From: Laetmonice hystrix
Lineage: Eukaryota
Direction of reading: 5' to 3'
NCBI GenBank assembly: GCA_965235115.1
Contig: OZ249445.1
Location: forward strand, 10,726,001-10,790,000
Length of the DNA: 64,000 nt
This document shows positions 9,201-19,982 of this stretch, in pieces. Position numbers and translations under genes: made by a program. The first letter of the stretch is position 1, and each line of letters starts with the position of its first letter. The notes under the pieces were generated by a model. The model saw nothing but the letters and a program-made list of their open reading frames with translations. It was not told where the DNA came from and did no database searches.

Positions 9201-12109
9201 TTCTTGCAGGTTTGTGGACAACAACATGTTACTCACCTTTAGATTTGGCCAGATCGCACTGCAAGCAATCAAACTTAACCAGACTAAGGTGAGAATTTTA
9301 TCATTGATCAAAGATTCAAAGATCATTTTGGCAGTATGTTAGGGACTGATAAACCTATCAAAAATAAGAGAAGAAGTAGATAATGAGCTGTGCCTGTTAT
9401 TTGATTGTACAAGTATACCCACGTGGAGTAGAGTATAGCTGTCTGTATGTTAGTGTTACCTGTCCACTGACTGATGTGTGATGTCAGATTGGAGATCACA
9501 TCCTGAGTGTCCAACTCAACACGCCGCACTGGGAGGACCAGATCCAGAAGGAGATGTCACTATGTAATGCCAACACGACGGCACTCTACGATAACCTCAG
9601 CAACAGTCTGCTAACTGAGGATTTCTCCATCCCTACCATGTCCTTCGACATGGACGGTACGTACAGCATGTCGCTTTCAGTGTTTGCTGTGTGCTGTCTT
9701 ACCTTAGTACTGCATGGTAGCACTGCATCCAATGTGCTTCAAACAATAAATCAATTCTATGCAGCTTACCGGTAATATCTGACCTAATTATTCATCGAAT
9801 GATCCTGACTGGAAGCCAGGACATGAAGGGCTATGTTACCATTTATAGGAATTCTAGGGAAATTTAGTTCTTCAATTGTCAGAGAATCTTCAGATGTGGG
9901 AGACATGATTGGACCTGTTGATTGAAAATTGTTTGTCTTACACAGATGGTGATGATGAAGAGGTTGCAGGCCTGATGATAGAGGGCACCACCAGTGGAAG
10001 AAGGTCCCGTAGTGCCAGTCCTTGCCGCTCAAGTAAGTATTCATATATTCAGTAGAGATTACAATAATTTGATATTTTCATATACCACGGATCAAAGAGA
10101 TAATGACTTCACCAATGATAACACAAAATGGTGTCCTATTTACAGGAGGAAGCAGTCCTCAGCCTGGCTATGACCCATCGTCCCAGGCGATCCGACCATC
10201 TCAGCCTCCAGCCAGGCCGGCCTCTCCACGGCTACCTCCGGCACGCCCTGCTGTGTCTCCCTCTCAGCCACCGCCAGGGAATGACATCGTTGTCCCTCAG
10301 GTTGAGCCAGTGTTTGCAGCTCAGCCACCCAGCACAGAACCTCAGGTCAGTTTGATGTTACGTAAAGAGGCTACCTTTTGAAGATGCTACATGGCTCGGT
10401 ATTACATATAACAATACAGCTGATAAAGGTGTAGTGAGAGAGGCTTGGCCACATATATGATAGTCCTAGCTTCTTTCAGAATAGTAGTCTGCTCATTCAG
10501 GTATCAGGTTAAAGAAAGGTATAGAGAAGATTGTTTTTGTGGTAATAGGACCAACAAGTTATATGTTTTTTTTTTTAATCTGACGGTGACAGAAGCCAGA
10601 GAAGCCTAGGCCCCCTCGCCCCGGAGCACCTCCCAGCCGGCCACCTCCACCATCCCGTCCTCCAGGTGTTCCCGTGAGGTCAGCGGCAGGAGCAGCTGTA
10701 TGTCCTGGATCTCCCAGTAGGGGGCACCACGAACATGCACCAGGCTCCCCAGGGCGAAGTCGACCAGAAAAAACAAGACAGCCCATGCGGCCACACATGA
10801 TGCCAAAGTCCAAAAAGGTCATTAGTCCATATTCTATACAGTTCTATCCATTGTTTAGCAATCATATAAAATCAACTGACCGATTTCATATTTTTTAGGA
10901 CTATTAATTTTGAGCTTAGAATAAAATAAGATATGTGCTATTTGTTACAGATTGGACAAATAGGTCTTCCCACGAATGTTGCTCACACGGGACATGCACG
11001 AAGTGTTGAAGAGGCTGAGAGACTGATACAGAACCTGATGGCACAGACTGCATCAGTCGACAACCCGACACTGCCTGCACCTCTCCAGCCAGGTGAATAA
11101 CCTATTTTACCAAAACAAGTGAAGAAATAAACTGTTTATGAAAATGTGGACAGCTACCCGTTTATTCCTCTGTCATAAAGTTTTTTTCATTATAATGTGT
11201 ATGGTTACATTTTTCCTAGCCTCTACACCTCCTGACGGACAGTCCACAGGTTTAGAAGCACCTACGATCCCACGCACTCGGAGTGCTGTCGACTTCTCCA
11301 CAGTGAATGGTGGCTTACCCCCGAAACCATTGCCTCGTCACCAGAGTGAAGACAACCTGGCAGCTGCTGCTGAAGCAGACCAACCAAACCAGACTGAGGA
11401 GACGGCTGTGCCAACTCCTCGGCCAAGGACAAGAAAGGGCGCCAGCGAGGACAAGTCTTCTCCTGCTACGCCTGTCAATGAAATCCTAGTTCCCTCGCCT
11501 CTGGACACCTCCATCCCTGGAGTCAATGACGAACCATTGATTCCATCTCCTGAAGATGGACCAAATGTTGCCAATCGTGGGCCGCCACCTGCAGTACCTG
11601 CGGTAGGTCCAAGTGCTGACCCTCCAGTGCCCCAGTCCAGAGGGCCACCACCAGCAGTTCCTCCAGCAAACTTCTCCAGGGGAGCACCACCTCCAGTACC
11701 TCCTACCCGCCCTGTTGCCCTGACTGGATCTGCTGTAAGAGAACCCCCTGTACCTGCTCCCAGGAAGACACTGTCATGTGATGAGGATGGCACCCCATCA
11801 CCGTCCGATCAGGCTATTCCCCCTAGGCCTGCCTACGTCCCACCCCCCATAGAAACCCCGCCTCCACCCCCGAGAACAGCCTCAGACCTCGGCAGCCCGG
11901 GAATGGAGTGCCCGCCCCCACCAGATATGTCCCCACCCCCACTTCCCAATGACGGTCCGGACACTAACGGAGTATGTGACCAACCCGGAGCCACTGGTCT
12001 GCCAACTGTTCCTCCTCGGCCCAGTGTGGTTCCAATGCCCGCTCTGAACCCAACCCCTCCAGTCGCCCGGGGCCCCCCACCAATCCCACCACGTCATGAC
12101 CTTGCCTAA
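122..12109 (+). CDS. SYNJ1: Synaptojanin-1-like polyphosphoinositide phosphatase, 5'-partial spliced gene (17 exons in window)
   Basis: Exons 122-277, 2129-2285, 2456-2644, 3113-3215, 3335-3475, 3741-3933, 5769-5927, 6151-6304, 8427-8505, 8772-8984, 9210-9288, 9488-9656, 9946-10032, 10146-10345, 10593-10817, 10951-11092, 11220-12109. Intron phases all match and the frame stays open to TAA at 12107-12109. Motifs: [12 protein letters not shown] and RTIQNNF (SAC1 end), [53 protein letters not shown] (5-phosphatase), [10 protein letters not shown] (RRM-like), proline-rich tail. Confidence 0.97.
2129..2285 (+). CDS. SYNJ1: Synaptojanin exon ([32 protein letters not shown]...)
   Basis: ctag| acceptor, |gtacg donor; closely resembles the vertebrate SYNJ1 SAC1-phosphatase linker. 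Confidence 0.95.
2456..2644 (+). CDS. SYNJ1: Synaptojanin exon: start of 5-phosphatase domain ([16 protein letters not shown])
   Basis: tgtag| acceptor, |gtaac donor, phase 1/1. Confidence 0.95.
2762..2854. repeat. Intronic inverted repeat / hairpin (about 36-bp arms, about 21-nt loop)
   Basis: acctaactctgtcacggtaatggacaaaatgttttg ... caaaacattttgtccattactacgacagagttaggt. Confidence 0.85.
3113..3215 (+). CDS. SYNJ1: Synaptojanin exon ([23 protein letters not shown])
   Basis: gaag| acceptor, |gtgtg donor, conserved GFEEIVDL motif. Confidence 0.93.
3335..3475 (+). CDS. SYNJ1: Synaptojanin exon ([18 protein letters not shown]...[13 protein letters not shown])
   Basis: ttcag| acceptor, |gtaac donor, phase 2/2. 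Confidence 0.95.
3741..3933 (+). CDS. SYNJ1: Synaptojanin exon ([24 protein letters not shown]...CSHFAAGQ)
   Basis: ccag| acceptor, |gtaag donor, conserved GNKG motif. Confidence 0.96.
5769..5927 (+). CDS. SYNJ1: Synaptojanin exon ([16 protein letters not shown]...[11 protein letters not shown]), GC donor
   Basis: ccag| acceptor; catalytic GDFNYRI motif; frame joins the next exon at a |gcaagt donor. Confidence 0.92.
6151..6304 (+). CDS. SYNJ1: Synaptojanin exon (VFKGFEEG...PTYKYD...PAWTDRVLW)
   Basis: ggcag| acceptor, |gtact donor; second catalytic motif. Confidence 0.96.
7057..7092 (+). CDS. SYNJ1: Probable 36-nt cassette mini-exon of synaptojanin ([12 protein letters not shown])
   Basis: T-rich tract plus tttag| acceptor, perfect |gtgagt donor, phase 1/1, open frame; falls in a variable loop of the phosphatase domain. 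Confidence 0.6.
8427..8505 (+). CDS. SYNJ1: Synaptojanin exon ([20 protein letters not shown])
   Basis: ccag| acceptor, |gtgag donor, SDH motif. Confidence 0.95.
8772..8984 (+). CDS. SYNJ1: Synaptojanin exon: end of phosphatase and start of RRM-like domain ([10 protein letters not shown]...[10 protein letters not shown]...GEIILVR)
   Basis: acag| acceptor, |gtaag donor. Confidence 0.95.
9210..9288 (+). CDS. SYNJ1: Synaptojanin exon, RRM-like domain ([19 protein letters not shown])
   Basis: gcag| acceptor, |gtgag donor. Confidence 0.92.
9488..9656 (+). CDS. SYNJ1: Synaptojanin exon ([15 protein letters not shown]...[16 protein letters not shown])
   Basis: tcag| acceptor, |gtacg donor. Confidence 0.92.
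9946..10032 (+). CDS. SYNJ1: Synaptojanin exon, acidic/Ser-rich linker
   Basis: acag| acceptor, |gtaagt donor, phase 1/1. Confidence 0.85.
10146..10345 (+). CDS. SYNJ1: Synaptojanin exon, proline-rich tail
   Basis: acag| acceptor, |gtcagt donor; PPARP repeats. Confidence 0.88.
10593..10817 (+). CDS. SYNJ1: Synaptojanin exon, proline-rich tail ending in basic KSKK
   Basis: acag| acceptor, |gtcat donor, phase 0/0. Confidence 0.85.
10951..11092 (+). CDS. SYNJ1: Synaptojanin exon carrying CRIB-like motif ([30 protein letters not shown]...)
   Basis: ttacag| acceptor, |gtgaa donor, phase 0/1 bridges the flanking exons. Confidence 0.85.
11220..12109 (+). CDS. SYNJ1: Synaptojanin terminal coding exon, proline-rich, ends ...[11 protein letters not shown]
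   Basis: ttttcctag| acceptor, 890 nt open frame, TAA at 12107-12109. Confidence 0.92.
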
Positions 12110-12643
12110 TGAGTAAATTCATCATCAAGGCTGCGCCATACATGTATATATACAAGTATATACATTCCACTAATTAGTATACATGTTTAAAGATGACGCA
12201 CCAGCAACTAAAAGTTCTGGTAATATGATTTCTATATGACAAATCTCATATATATGTTGTATGGCATGGAAAAGATTAACAGTGAATCTTGAAAATGAAG
12301 GTCAAAATTTAGGACACGATTGCAGAAGCTCAATGGCACCATAAGTAAAAGAAAGACGGGTAGTAGTACGGCCATTTCTTGCACAAGTGTGTGAGTGATG
12401 CTCGACACTAACGATATTAGACTAGTAATGTGACTGTAGAGAGTTGTTTTATTTCCTGTCATTTCAAGAGTACTGGTATAAGGGGTGTATTTCAGTGTAG
12501 CACTGTAAACTGTGTTTGTGAAAGTTAACTGGTTTGCTGGGTTGACCGCCATTAGTCGGTCACTCTGTGGACTGGGACGTAATATTGTAGGGAGTTCAAC
12601 ATCCATACAGCACATGTCAAGTGTGAATTTAGCATTTGCGTGA

Positions 12644-12649
12644 AATAAA
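12644..12649 (+). terminator. Candidate polyadenylation signal (AATAAA) for synaptojanin 3' UTR
   Basis: AATAAA about 535 nt after the stop; later copies exist (e.g. 13505), so the true site is unresolved. Confidence 0.3.
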
Positions 12650-13250
12650 TTCCCTATGTTTTGGTATCTGGTAGACCTTGTGCGTAGAAAGGGAAGTTAT
12701 CTAAGGAGAGGCGATGCACTCCATGATGTCAAAACTAGTGTGTGCCTAAGAGTAGTTACACAGGAAGACCGTGCAGATGCAGGTCTCTTGATGTAGAAGA
12801 GAACAAACCGTTGGTATTTAAAGGTATATGGTGTTGTCTGTTTCATTGAATGCTGTTATGAATTTTATTGCGTAATCCCTGGCATAGTGACACTGTGTGT
12901 TCTTACATGGCTAAAGGTCATACCAAAGGCTTAGTTAGGTGTGTACATGTATTGTGGTATTTTGAAGTCCTAAATATGCGCTTTGTGTCGTACACTGTAA
13001 ATTTGAGATTATTTCCAGACAGATATTTACAGGACAATGATATTAATGAGCATAGGTTAGTGAATTATACCCGAAACTGTTAGTGCTGAGACTTCCCATA
13101 TTATCATAAACGTGGTGTTGAACAGTTCTGTTACTTCACTAAATCCACGAGTACCATTATATTCCTTGTTGTGAAATTGTGAGAGTACTCGGCATTGTTA
13201 AGTTGGCCTGTTAGAAAGGATTCTTTTAGTAGTAATTATATATACCAGTA

Positions 13251-13687
13251 AAACCTGGGTCGGGGCCCATAAATGTTACGTCAGAATTTAGATAGCCCAT
13301 AATCACTTATGTCAAATAGAAGTAACCGACGTAACTGACGCAAGGGGCTTATTTCTACGCAGGTGGAGCCTGCCTGCGTAACTTCCTAAAATAAGAATTA
13401 ATGTACGAAACTTTGAATTAATGTAGTTTATAATGTTACATCAACATATATGAAGTTTCATGGTGGCACGAGGAACATACTCTATGTGGTGCCATTAAAG
13501 TTTTAATAAAAATTGATGTAGCGTTGAAATAAAGGCCCACATCACGCCAAAGAAAAGTCCCTACCGAGGCTCTCCACTTGGACGGAGGCGGGCCTACGTC
13601 AAATCGGTATAAGAAGTAGCATTCTACTTCTTACGTCAACGCTACGTCAATTTTTAGGCAAAAATTTATGGGCCCCGACCCAGGATT
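13251..13687. mobile_element. MITE (about 437 bp) with terminal inverted repeats and probable TA target-site duplication
   Basis: cctgggtcggggcccataaat (13254-) ... atttatgggccccgacccagg (-13684); TA on both flanks. Confidence 0.8.
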
Positions 13688-16045
13688 TACGCTTGCAATG
13701 ATTAGATGAAGACACACTTCTGTATCTCGTAATGAAATGAAAATCGACACCATACTATAAATAGATTTAAATTAAAACCACCAAGACAGATCTTTTCTCG
13801 CCTACTGCCTCATTTTAAAGATATAAATAATATAAATATGTGTGTAAAGTTGGCAATGCTTATACCATGGCTATGTTTACATTTTGGCAAGGTCAGATTG
13901 TACATGGACTATATACATGGATTATATACATGTCCTTGTTAAATTAAATTTAACCTTACACATATCAACAAGAAACGTGTACTGGGAATTAGTTGTGAAA
14001 TTTATGTATTTGGTGGTTGGCACAAATTTCAAATTGCTTGACTTGGTAAAATAAACAGGGGTACGCATTCTACCTGAGTAAGGTGTGCCGGTAGACATAA
14101 GTCTATGTAGTATTCTGTTGACAGGTACAGGTAAATTGTTGATGATGCGTGTGTGGGTGTAAATGGCAAAATGTTAAATAAAAAAGTAAACATCTTAGCT
14201 AAGTATTGTAACGGTATCAGAAGTTTAAGACATATAAATACATAAGTACTTAAGAAGTAGGATGAATTTGTGATCAGGAAGAGTTGTACTGGCGAACAAC
14301 GTAAAAATGTCAAAGGATACCGACCAACTGAGAATATACATAATCAAAAGTTAAAGGCTCCAAGAATTGAAAATATTGTAGAGGGTGAACCTGAAGACTC
14401 AGATGATCCCGGGATCACTACCTGTGTAATGAGGGAGACCGTTTAGTCAACTATAATAGTATTAGTCGGTAAATTAGTGCATCATTAATAACAATAAGTA
14501 AAGAAATGAATGATAATAAGATATAGAATATATTATTTATGTGAAGGTGAGATGTAAACTTGTATATACCTTGCATGATAAAGTGGGGCCACACCTACAC
14601 ATTCCATCTAGGAATCTAGGAAAGGTAACCATACAAATATAAAAGTATAAAATCGAGAAATATAAAGGATGGAATACGAAAGCTCTTCGATTGAAAATAT
14701 AAGATACATGTACACCGAAAAATTAGGGCAGTAAGTAATGACTTGTTTAGGAGTCGGGTTAGATTAAAGCATGCTTTTGTTTTAAAGGGATGAAATATTA
14801 GTTAATGTAGTTGTCAGAAAAGGAGTACATTATAATACAGTAACTGGAGACCCCTCCTTGACGACTCCTGTTATAGTAGCTATGAACACTGTAAAGACTG
14901 TTTTGAAAAATGTGATAATGGTCACCCAAATTGTTACTTGTATTGGGATCTACATTCTTCACAGGTTGTACATAATATGGGTTGATCTTTATTTGTGGTT
15001 AATTGAGAAAGTATCCAGTGACGATTGGAAGCATAATGAATTGATATATTGTGTTTCTGCATGGGAGTCTTAAGTACGCCTCCGTACATAGTCATGTTAT
15101 GTGTACATTGGAATGCTTCGTCAAATGCGAAGTGAACTGGAATTATTTAGAATTATTAAACTGATCCTGTAGGAGGCCTGGTGGTTGTAGTTATGTATTG
15201 ATATTGTGGTCAGTACTACTATGAGAAATAGTTATACATTAATTAATGTAGGCCGAAAGCTAGGTCGGTTCCGTGCTTGGTTGATTGTACCGCATTCTGA
15301 CTCTTTGTACTTGGTTGAATTTTATGTTTGTTGTCTTCCACATTCTGGCAGAATTGAAGGAAATGGTCACAGATTGCCAGCAGTACAGTTGAGGTTAAGC
15401 GTTATGTCTGAAAATGGGCAGACCATGGTTAGAGGTCTTAAACAGAGAGTAATATAATCTTGCGGGGATCTGTATAATTTCTGATGCAGTTTAGAATAAT
15501 ACGTTGAGTACATGTACTAGTGGTCAGTTTGAAATATAAACGTGATTGATCTAGTTCCGTATGCGTAAATTCATGTGGTGTGTTATTATTGTTTCCTATG
15601 TGGGTTAGATCATCAGAAAGTAGTGAAAGTAGTGGGTAATAGCTAAAGATGCAACGTGTAACTATGGCGTAAGGTGGTAAGAAAATGGACTACATGTACT
15701 TGAATCCTTGGTTATAGATGCTGTTGTTCATGCATGCAAGAATAAGTCTTTTTCTAGCTGTGATTCTTTTATTTGTACAGAATAACTATTCGAATATATT
15801 GTTATGTTGATGTACAATCAACTTGTAAACCGTTGTGAGAAAACCTTACTACCTTGTGCCCTTGCTACTGAGATTACGTTATCTCCCTTACTTAGGGGGA
15901 TTCAACCCATTGCCGACGAATCTGTCTTACCCGTCTTCGATTCCCAGCCCAACTTATTTATTGATTTGAAAAAAGGACAGTATGATCAAGTATAGAGGTG
16001 TGAACCAAGAGTTATGCTTCGCAAATTGAATGTCTAAGTATCATT

Positions 16046-16946
16046 CAGGGCTGGAATTTCAAATTTTAGGCTACTTGCCCGTCGGGCAAGTAGCCTGAAA
16101 AAGTTACTTGCCCAGATCAGAAGTTACTTGCCCGGATTTCAGAAAGAAACTAAGATAATAGGCATGGTCTATGAGTATTACGCTTTAATTAAACAGTCGT
16201 AATTTACCAGCCAGTCAAGTTATTTGCAATCACATACACCTCTGTCATACATAAAAACGTTCAATAAACCTGAGCATATATGGGCTTCATGGACCACTGA
16301 ATGCTTTTCAGATTTGCGCTCCAGTTGATCAGGACAGCAAATTGAATCATATGTCAAAGTCCCTCTCAAGGTTTTCCAAAAAAGTCGCTATTTGTCTCCA
16401 CCAGAGAAGAACAGGGGTTATTTTCAGGACTTTGAATTTCTCTATGACGTGGGCCATAAGGCCTTGTGTCTAGCCTCCTGCGGCCATGCTGATTCCACAG
16501 GCGTCCCTGTCATGTCTTTTTTCATCATTCAATCGGCGCTTTGGGGACGATGCTGGTTGGTGGGGGGGGGGGGGGGGGGGGGGGGGGGAGGCCCGTGTTT
16601 CCAGTTGCGATGCATGTCGGCAGATTACCTGGCTCAGAGATAAGTGTAGCTGGGCCACGCTGATGCTGCGACAGCCACTCAGGACACACACTGAACAAAC
16701 AACAACACATGAACAAAAGGAGCACTCTGGCGGCACACAGGTGGCCAGTTGAAACACACGGGCCGGGGTCAGCTGAGCCAGCCAAATGACCCCCGCTGTT
16801 GTTACTGCACTGGAGAAAGATTGAGCCGCCAAAAGGTCACCCCATTTAAACAACAGTAACCAAAATAGTTACTCGGCCGGCGGACGAGATACTGGGCTAG
16901 ACTTACTCGTCCGGACCGAAACTTACTCGTCTCGGGCGGCCGGACG
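16046..16946. mobile_element. Non-autonomous DNA transposon remnant (hAT-like terminus) with ttacttgccc/ttactcgtcc subterminal repeats
   Basis: Begins cagggctgg; palindrome ggctacttgcccg-t-cgggcaagtagcc at 16069-16095; related motifs at 16866-16946; internal G27 tract at 16562-16588. Confidence 0.5.
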
Positions 16947-18036
16947 GTGTCGGTGTCGGTGTCAATGATTCATTGACACCGATGACAAGTTGCGAAGTGA
17001 AAATCTGTACCACAAGACAGAGCTAAGTTACCCACGTGTAGAAAAGTTAGATGTCTACGAGAATCATGAAAAATGTTTTACATCAGCACCCAGAAGTTTC
17101 TAGAAGTCGTAGGTCTGACCAATCTGAGGCGGTTTTAGAATTTGGGGATACCTCACTGCAGGGGTGGATCCAGGGGGATAGGCTGAGCTAGGCACAGACA
17201 CATACCCCTGAGTTGACACACATCCTGTAATTCCTGTGTTCCCTATACGCAGGCACAAATATATAATATCAAGAACAAATTTGAAGCAAATCTTAAAAAA
17301 TTGTTACAAATTTATGTTGTCATTGGACTGATGGTATATGGGCCAGTAAAAGCTGTTTAACTTTAGGAAATGGAATTTTTAATTGTAAGGGCAGTATGAT
17401 GTGTATGATTATAAAACCAGTCATAAGACGCAAGGCACTGTTAATTAGCTTCATCAAGACAGGATATAAAGTTGTCCAAGATAAACCTGTATCCTTCCGT
17501 CTAAAGTCTAAACCCTGGGTCTGCTATGTAATTTGTCGATCTGTCGACAGGTGGCGTGACATGCTTGGAATAGAACCCTACGGTTTCCCCGTTCGGGGCG
17601 CTAGGTGTTCACCATAGTCTCCGATTGGACAGATCATAGGACTCGAAATCTATTTCGAGTAATGGTCAGATGTTACATGTAGGACCACACTGGAAGTGAA
17701 CGCTAGGAGAAAATTAAATAAAATTAAAAATCAATACTATCGGTCATTGTTTTTATTTTATTTGTGGGAGAGACATGATGGATATTGGATATTTGGGTAT
17801 TTTGTTTTAGTTTGAAAATCTCCTTCATTCCTTTTTCTTTCTCCACGTCCACCCTTCCCCTTGCTAGCTTCTTTTTCTTTCGATCCATAATTAAGGAACA
17901 AGACAGCAGAAGTGTAGTCTTGATCACCAGCCCCTTTTTCCCGCTAGAGGACGCTCGTCAGACCGTCACATCCTCGGCAGACTGGGGCTACATCCCCGGC
18001 TTTAATCAGTGGTAACTGACAAGTAACTGGGACGAT

Positions 18037-18145
18037 GCTAGATGGCACTGAATAGGGTGCTGCCATCTATCCTTTTAACGCTGAACTAATATTAAGTTCC
18101 AAGTCAAAACAGTAGATGGCAGCACCCCATTCCATGCCATCTAGC
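18037..18145. repeat. Inverted repeat built from four AGATGGCA cores (CTCF-like)
   Basis: gctagatggcactgaatagggtgctgccatcta ... tagatggcagcaccccattccatgccatctagc. Confidence 0.8.
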
Positions 18146-18547
18146 GGAGATTATACGAATCACGATTCATTGGTAGCGGTGGAACTTCGCTTCGGTTCGG
18201 CGCTTCAAACGTTCATAATGAGGAACGAAATAATGATTATCGCGTATCAAGAGGTACGTGTGTAGTTAAGGAATTAAAGGCTCGAATAATGATTGGGGCT
18301 TCTGCAGATTCTAAGTGAATTGTCAAACGAATCGTGTTGAACGTTTGGTGTTGATGTAAAATAATTTCACCTTCAAGGGTTCATAAAAGTGCCGCCAGCA
18401 GGCGCTGGTGTATATTGACCGTTCCGACCATTTAGCTCTATGTTCCGACCATAGACCCGAAGTAGGCCTTATGGGTGGCACGGTGGTGTGTGCGGGACCT
18501 CCCAAAACCTCTCACCACTCCAGGCAGAACTCCAATGAGCATATAGC

Positions 18548-18855
18548 ATAGGCGCCGGAACCGAGGGGGGGGGGGGGGGCAAGGGGGGTCCCCCCCCAGC
18601 TCAAAAGCTGGGGGGGGGGGGCAAATTGTTTTGAGATGGTCAGGCCGTCAGAGGGCCTAGATTTTGTTCTCAGATGCCAGGAAAACGAGTATTTGGCACC
18701 AATTTTTGACCCCCCGCCCGCAGACCCCCCGCCCGAGCTTTCGGGCCTTCGGCGCTCGCATGACCAGCATTTCAAATCTTGGAACTTGGGATAGATGATT
18801 TGGTCTCTGCCCCCCCCCCCCCACCCCCCACCTGTAAATATCTTCCGGCGCCTAT
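18548..18855. mobile_element. MITE with ataggcgccggaa terminal inverted repeats and internal poly-G/poly-C
   Basis: ataggcgccggaa at 18548-18560, ttccggcgcctat at 18843-18855; agc on both flanks. Confidence 0.8.
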
Positions 18856-19689
18856 AGCCGGCCTTGGAAGCTAGGCCGGGAAAACAAGTCTGTCAAGAGG
18901 GGAGGACAGGGACCCTTATAGCTATAGGCATATAGGCTTATTCTTATTCACCGGAGAAGAAACGCCTGGGGGGGGGGGGGGGGGGGGGGGCATTAATTGC
19001 CCCATGCTACAGGCCTGCGTCCACCTTGCAGTTAGGCTATAGGCCTAGTCACTTCTCGATAAGGCCCTGAGTATGGCCAAATTTAGGCCTAGGCCTATAG
19101 GGCCTACCAGGCACGAATCGAGGATATTTTTAAGGGGGGGGGGGCACAGGCTTTTTAAGGATAAGCATTCATTAAAACTCTTAATAGGGGGCTATAGGGC
19201 CCTATAGAACCCCGGGGTTCGGGTTGTAAGAGATGGGCTAGAGATAGGGTTACGTGATTGGGAGATTTGCGGACCGAGGTCAGGGGTTAGGCTTATAGGG
19301 TCAGATTTAGGGCAAGCAGTGCTGGCATAGTGTAGGCTATAGACTTTTACTTCTTGCAAGGGCGGGGGGGGGGGGGGGGGTGCGAAAGGTGCGTACGCCC
19401 CTCCCGCATGAGCCACCACGGTCCATGCCTACACTATGAAAAACACGGGGCTCGGAAATTCATTGAATAAATTCATTCATGGCCCTCCCCACAAGGCGTT
19501 GCATGTAGGCCTACGAAGCTTGTCAGTAGGCCCTATCACTCCCAAAGGTCCATTTTCAGAAGACCCCCCCCCCCCCCCCTCCCGAAAATCCCGCGTAGAC
19601 CCTTCAGGTCTGGAGATGTTGCCATGCATGCATGACCCCGTACGTGAAACCAGGGGGCTGTTTCACTAACAGCGACGGATGGTTGTAGG

Positions 19690-19936
19690 GCCTGCAATTT
19701 TTGGCCCGTCGCCGGTCGGAAGGTCCCACGCGCTTTGTGAAACAGCCCCCCAGGCTACGCTGGTTCCCGATCCCGTCGCTAGGTGGAGACGGGGGCGAGA
19801 CCAGCCAGTTTACCGACGCTGTGCGACTTCAAGTGGCGGATATTAGAACTAAGTCTAAGTTTCGCTCGCGGACGCGTGAAAGGAGTTCTTGCGGACAATT
19901 TTGGACATGATCTAATGATAACTATTTCAGGTAAGT
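19690..19936 (+). promoter_or_regulatory. Putative CpG-rich promoter and non-coding first exon ending at donor CAG|gtaagt (19930/19931)
   Basis: Locally dense CpG, perfect 5' splice site, no upstream acceptor or long ORF. Confidence 0.5.
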
Positions 19937-19982
19937 ATATAAAGTAGCCTATAATACGGAGTAGGCCTATTCTTAAATCCAC

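Noticed and set aside
11338-11793. 151-aa antisense Gly/Ala-rich ORF and other overlapping ORFs at 10.1-12.2 kb
   Set aside because: Shadow frames of the proline-rich synaptojanin exons
16392-16853. Overlapping poly-Pro/poly-Gly ORFs (also 18512-18775, 19192-19669, 63441-63797)
   Set aside because: Artefacts of G/C homopolymers inside MITE-like repeats
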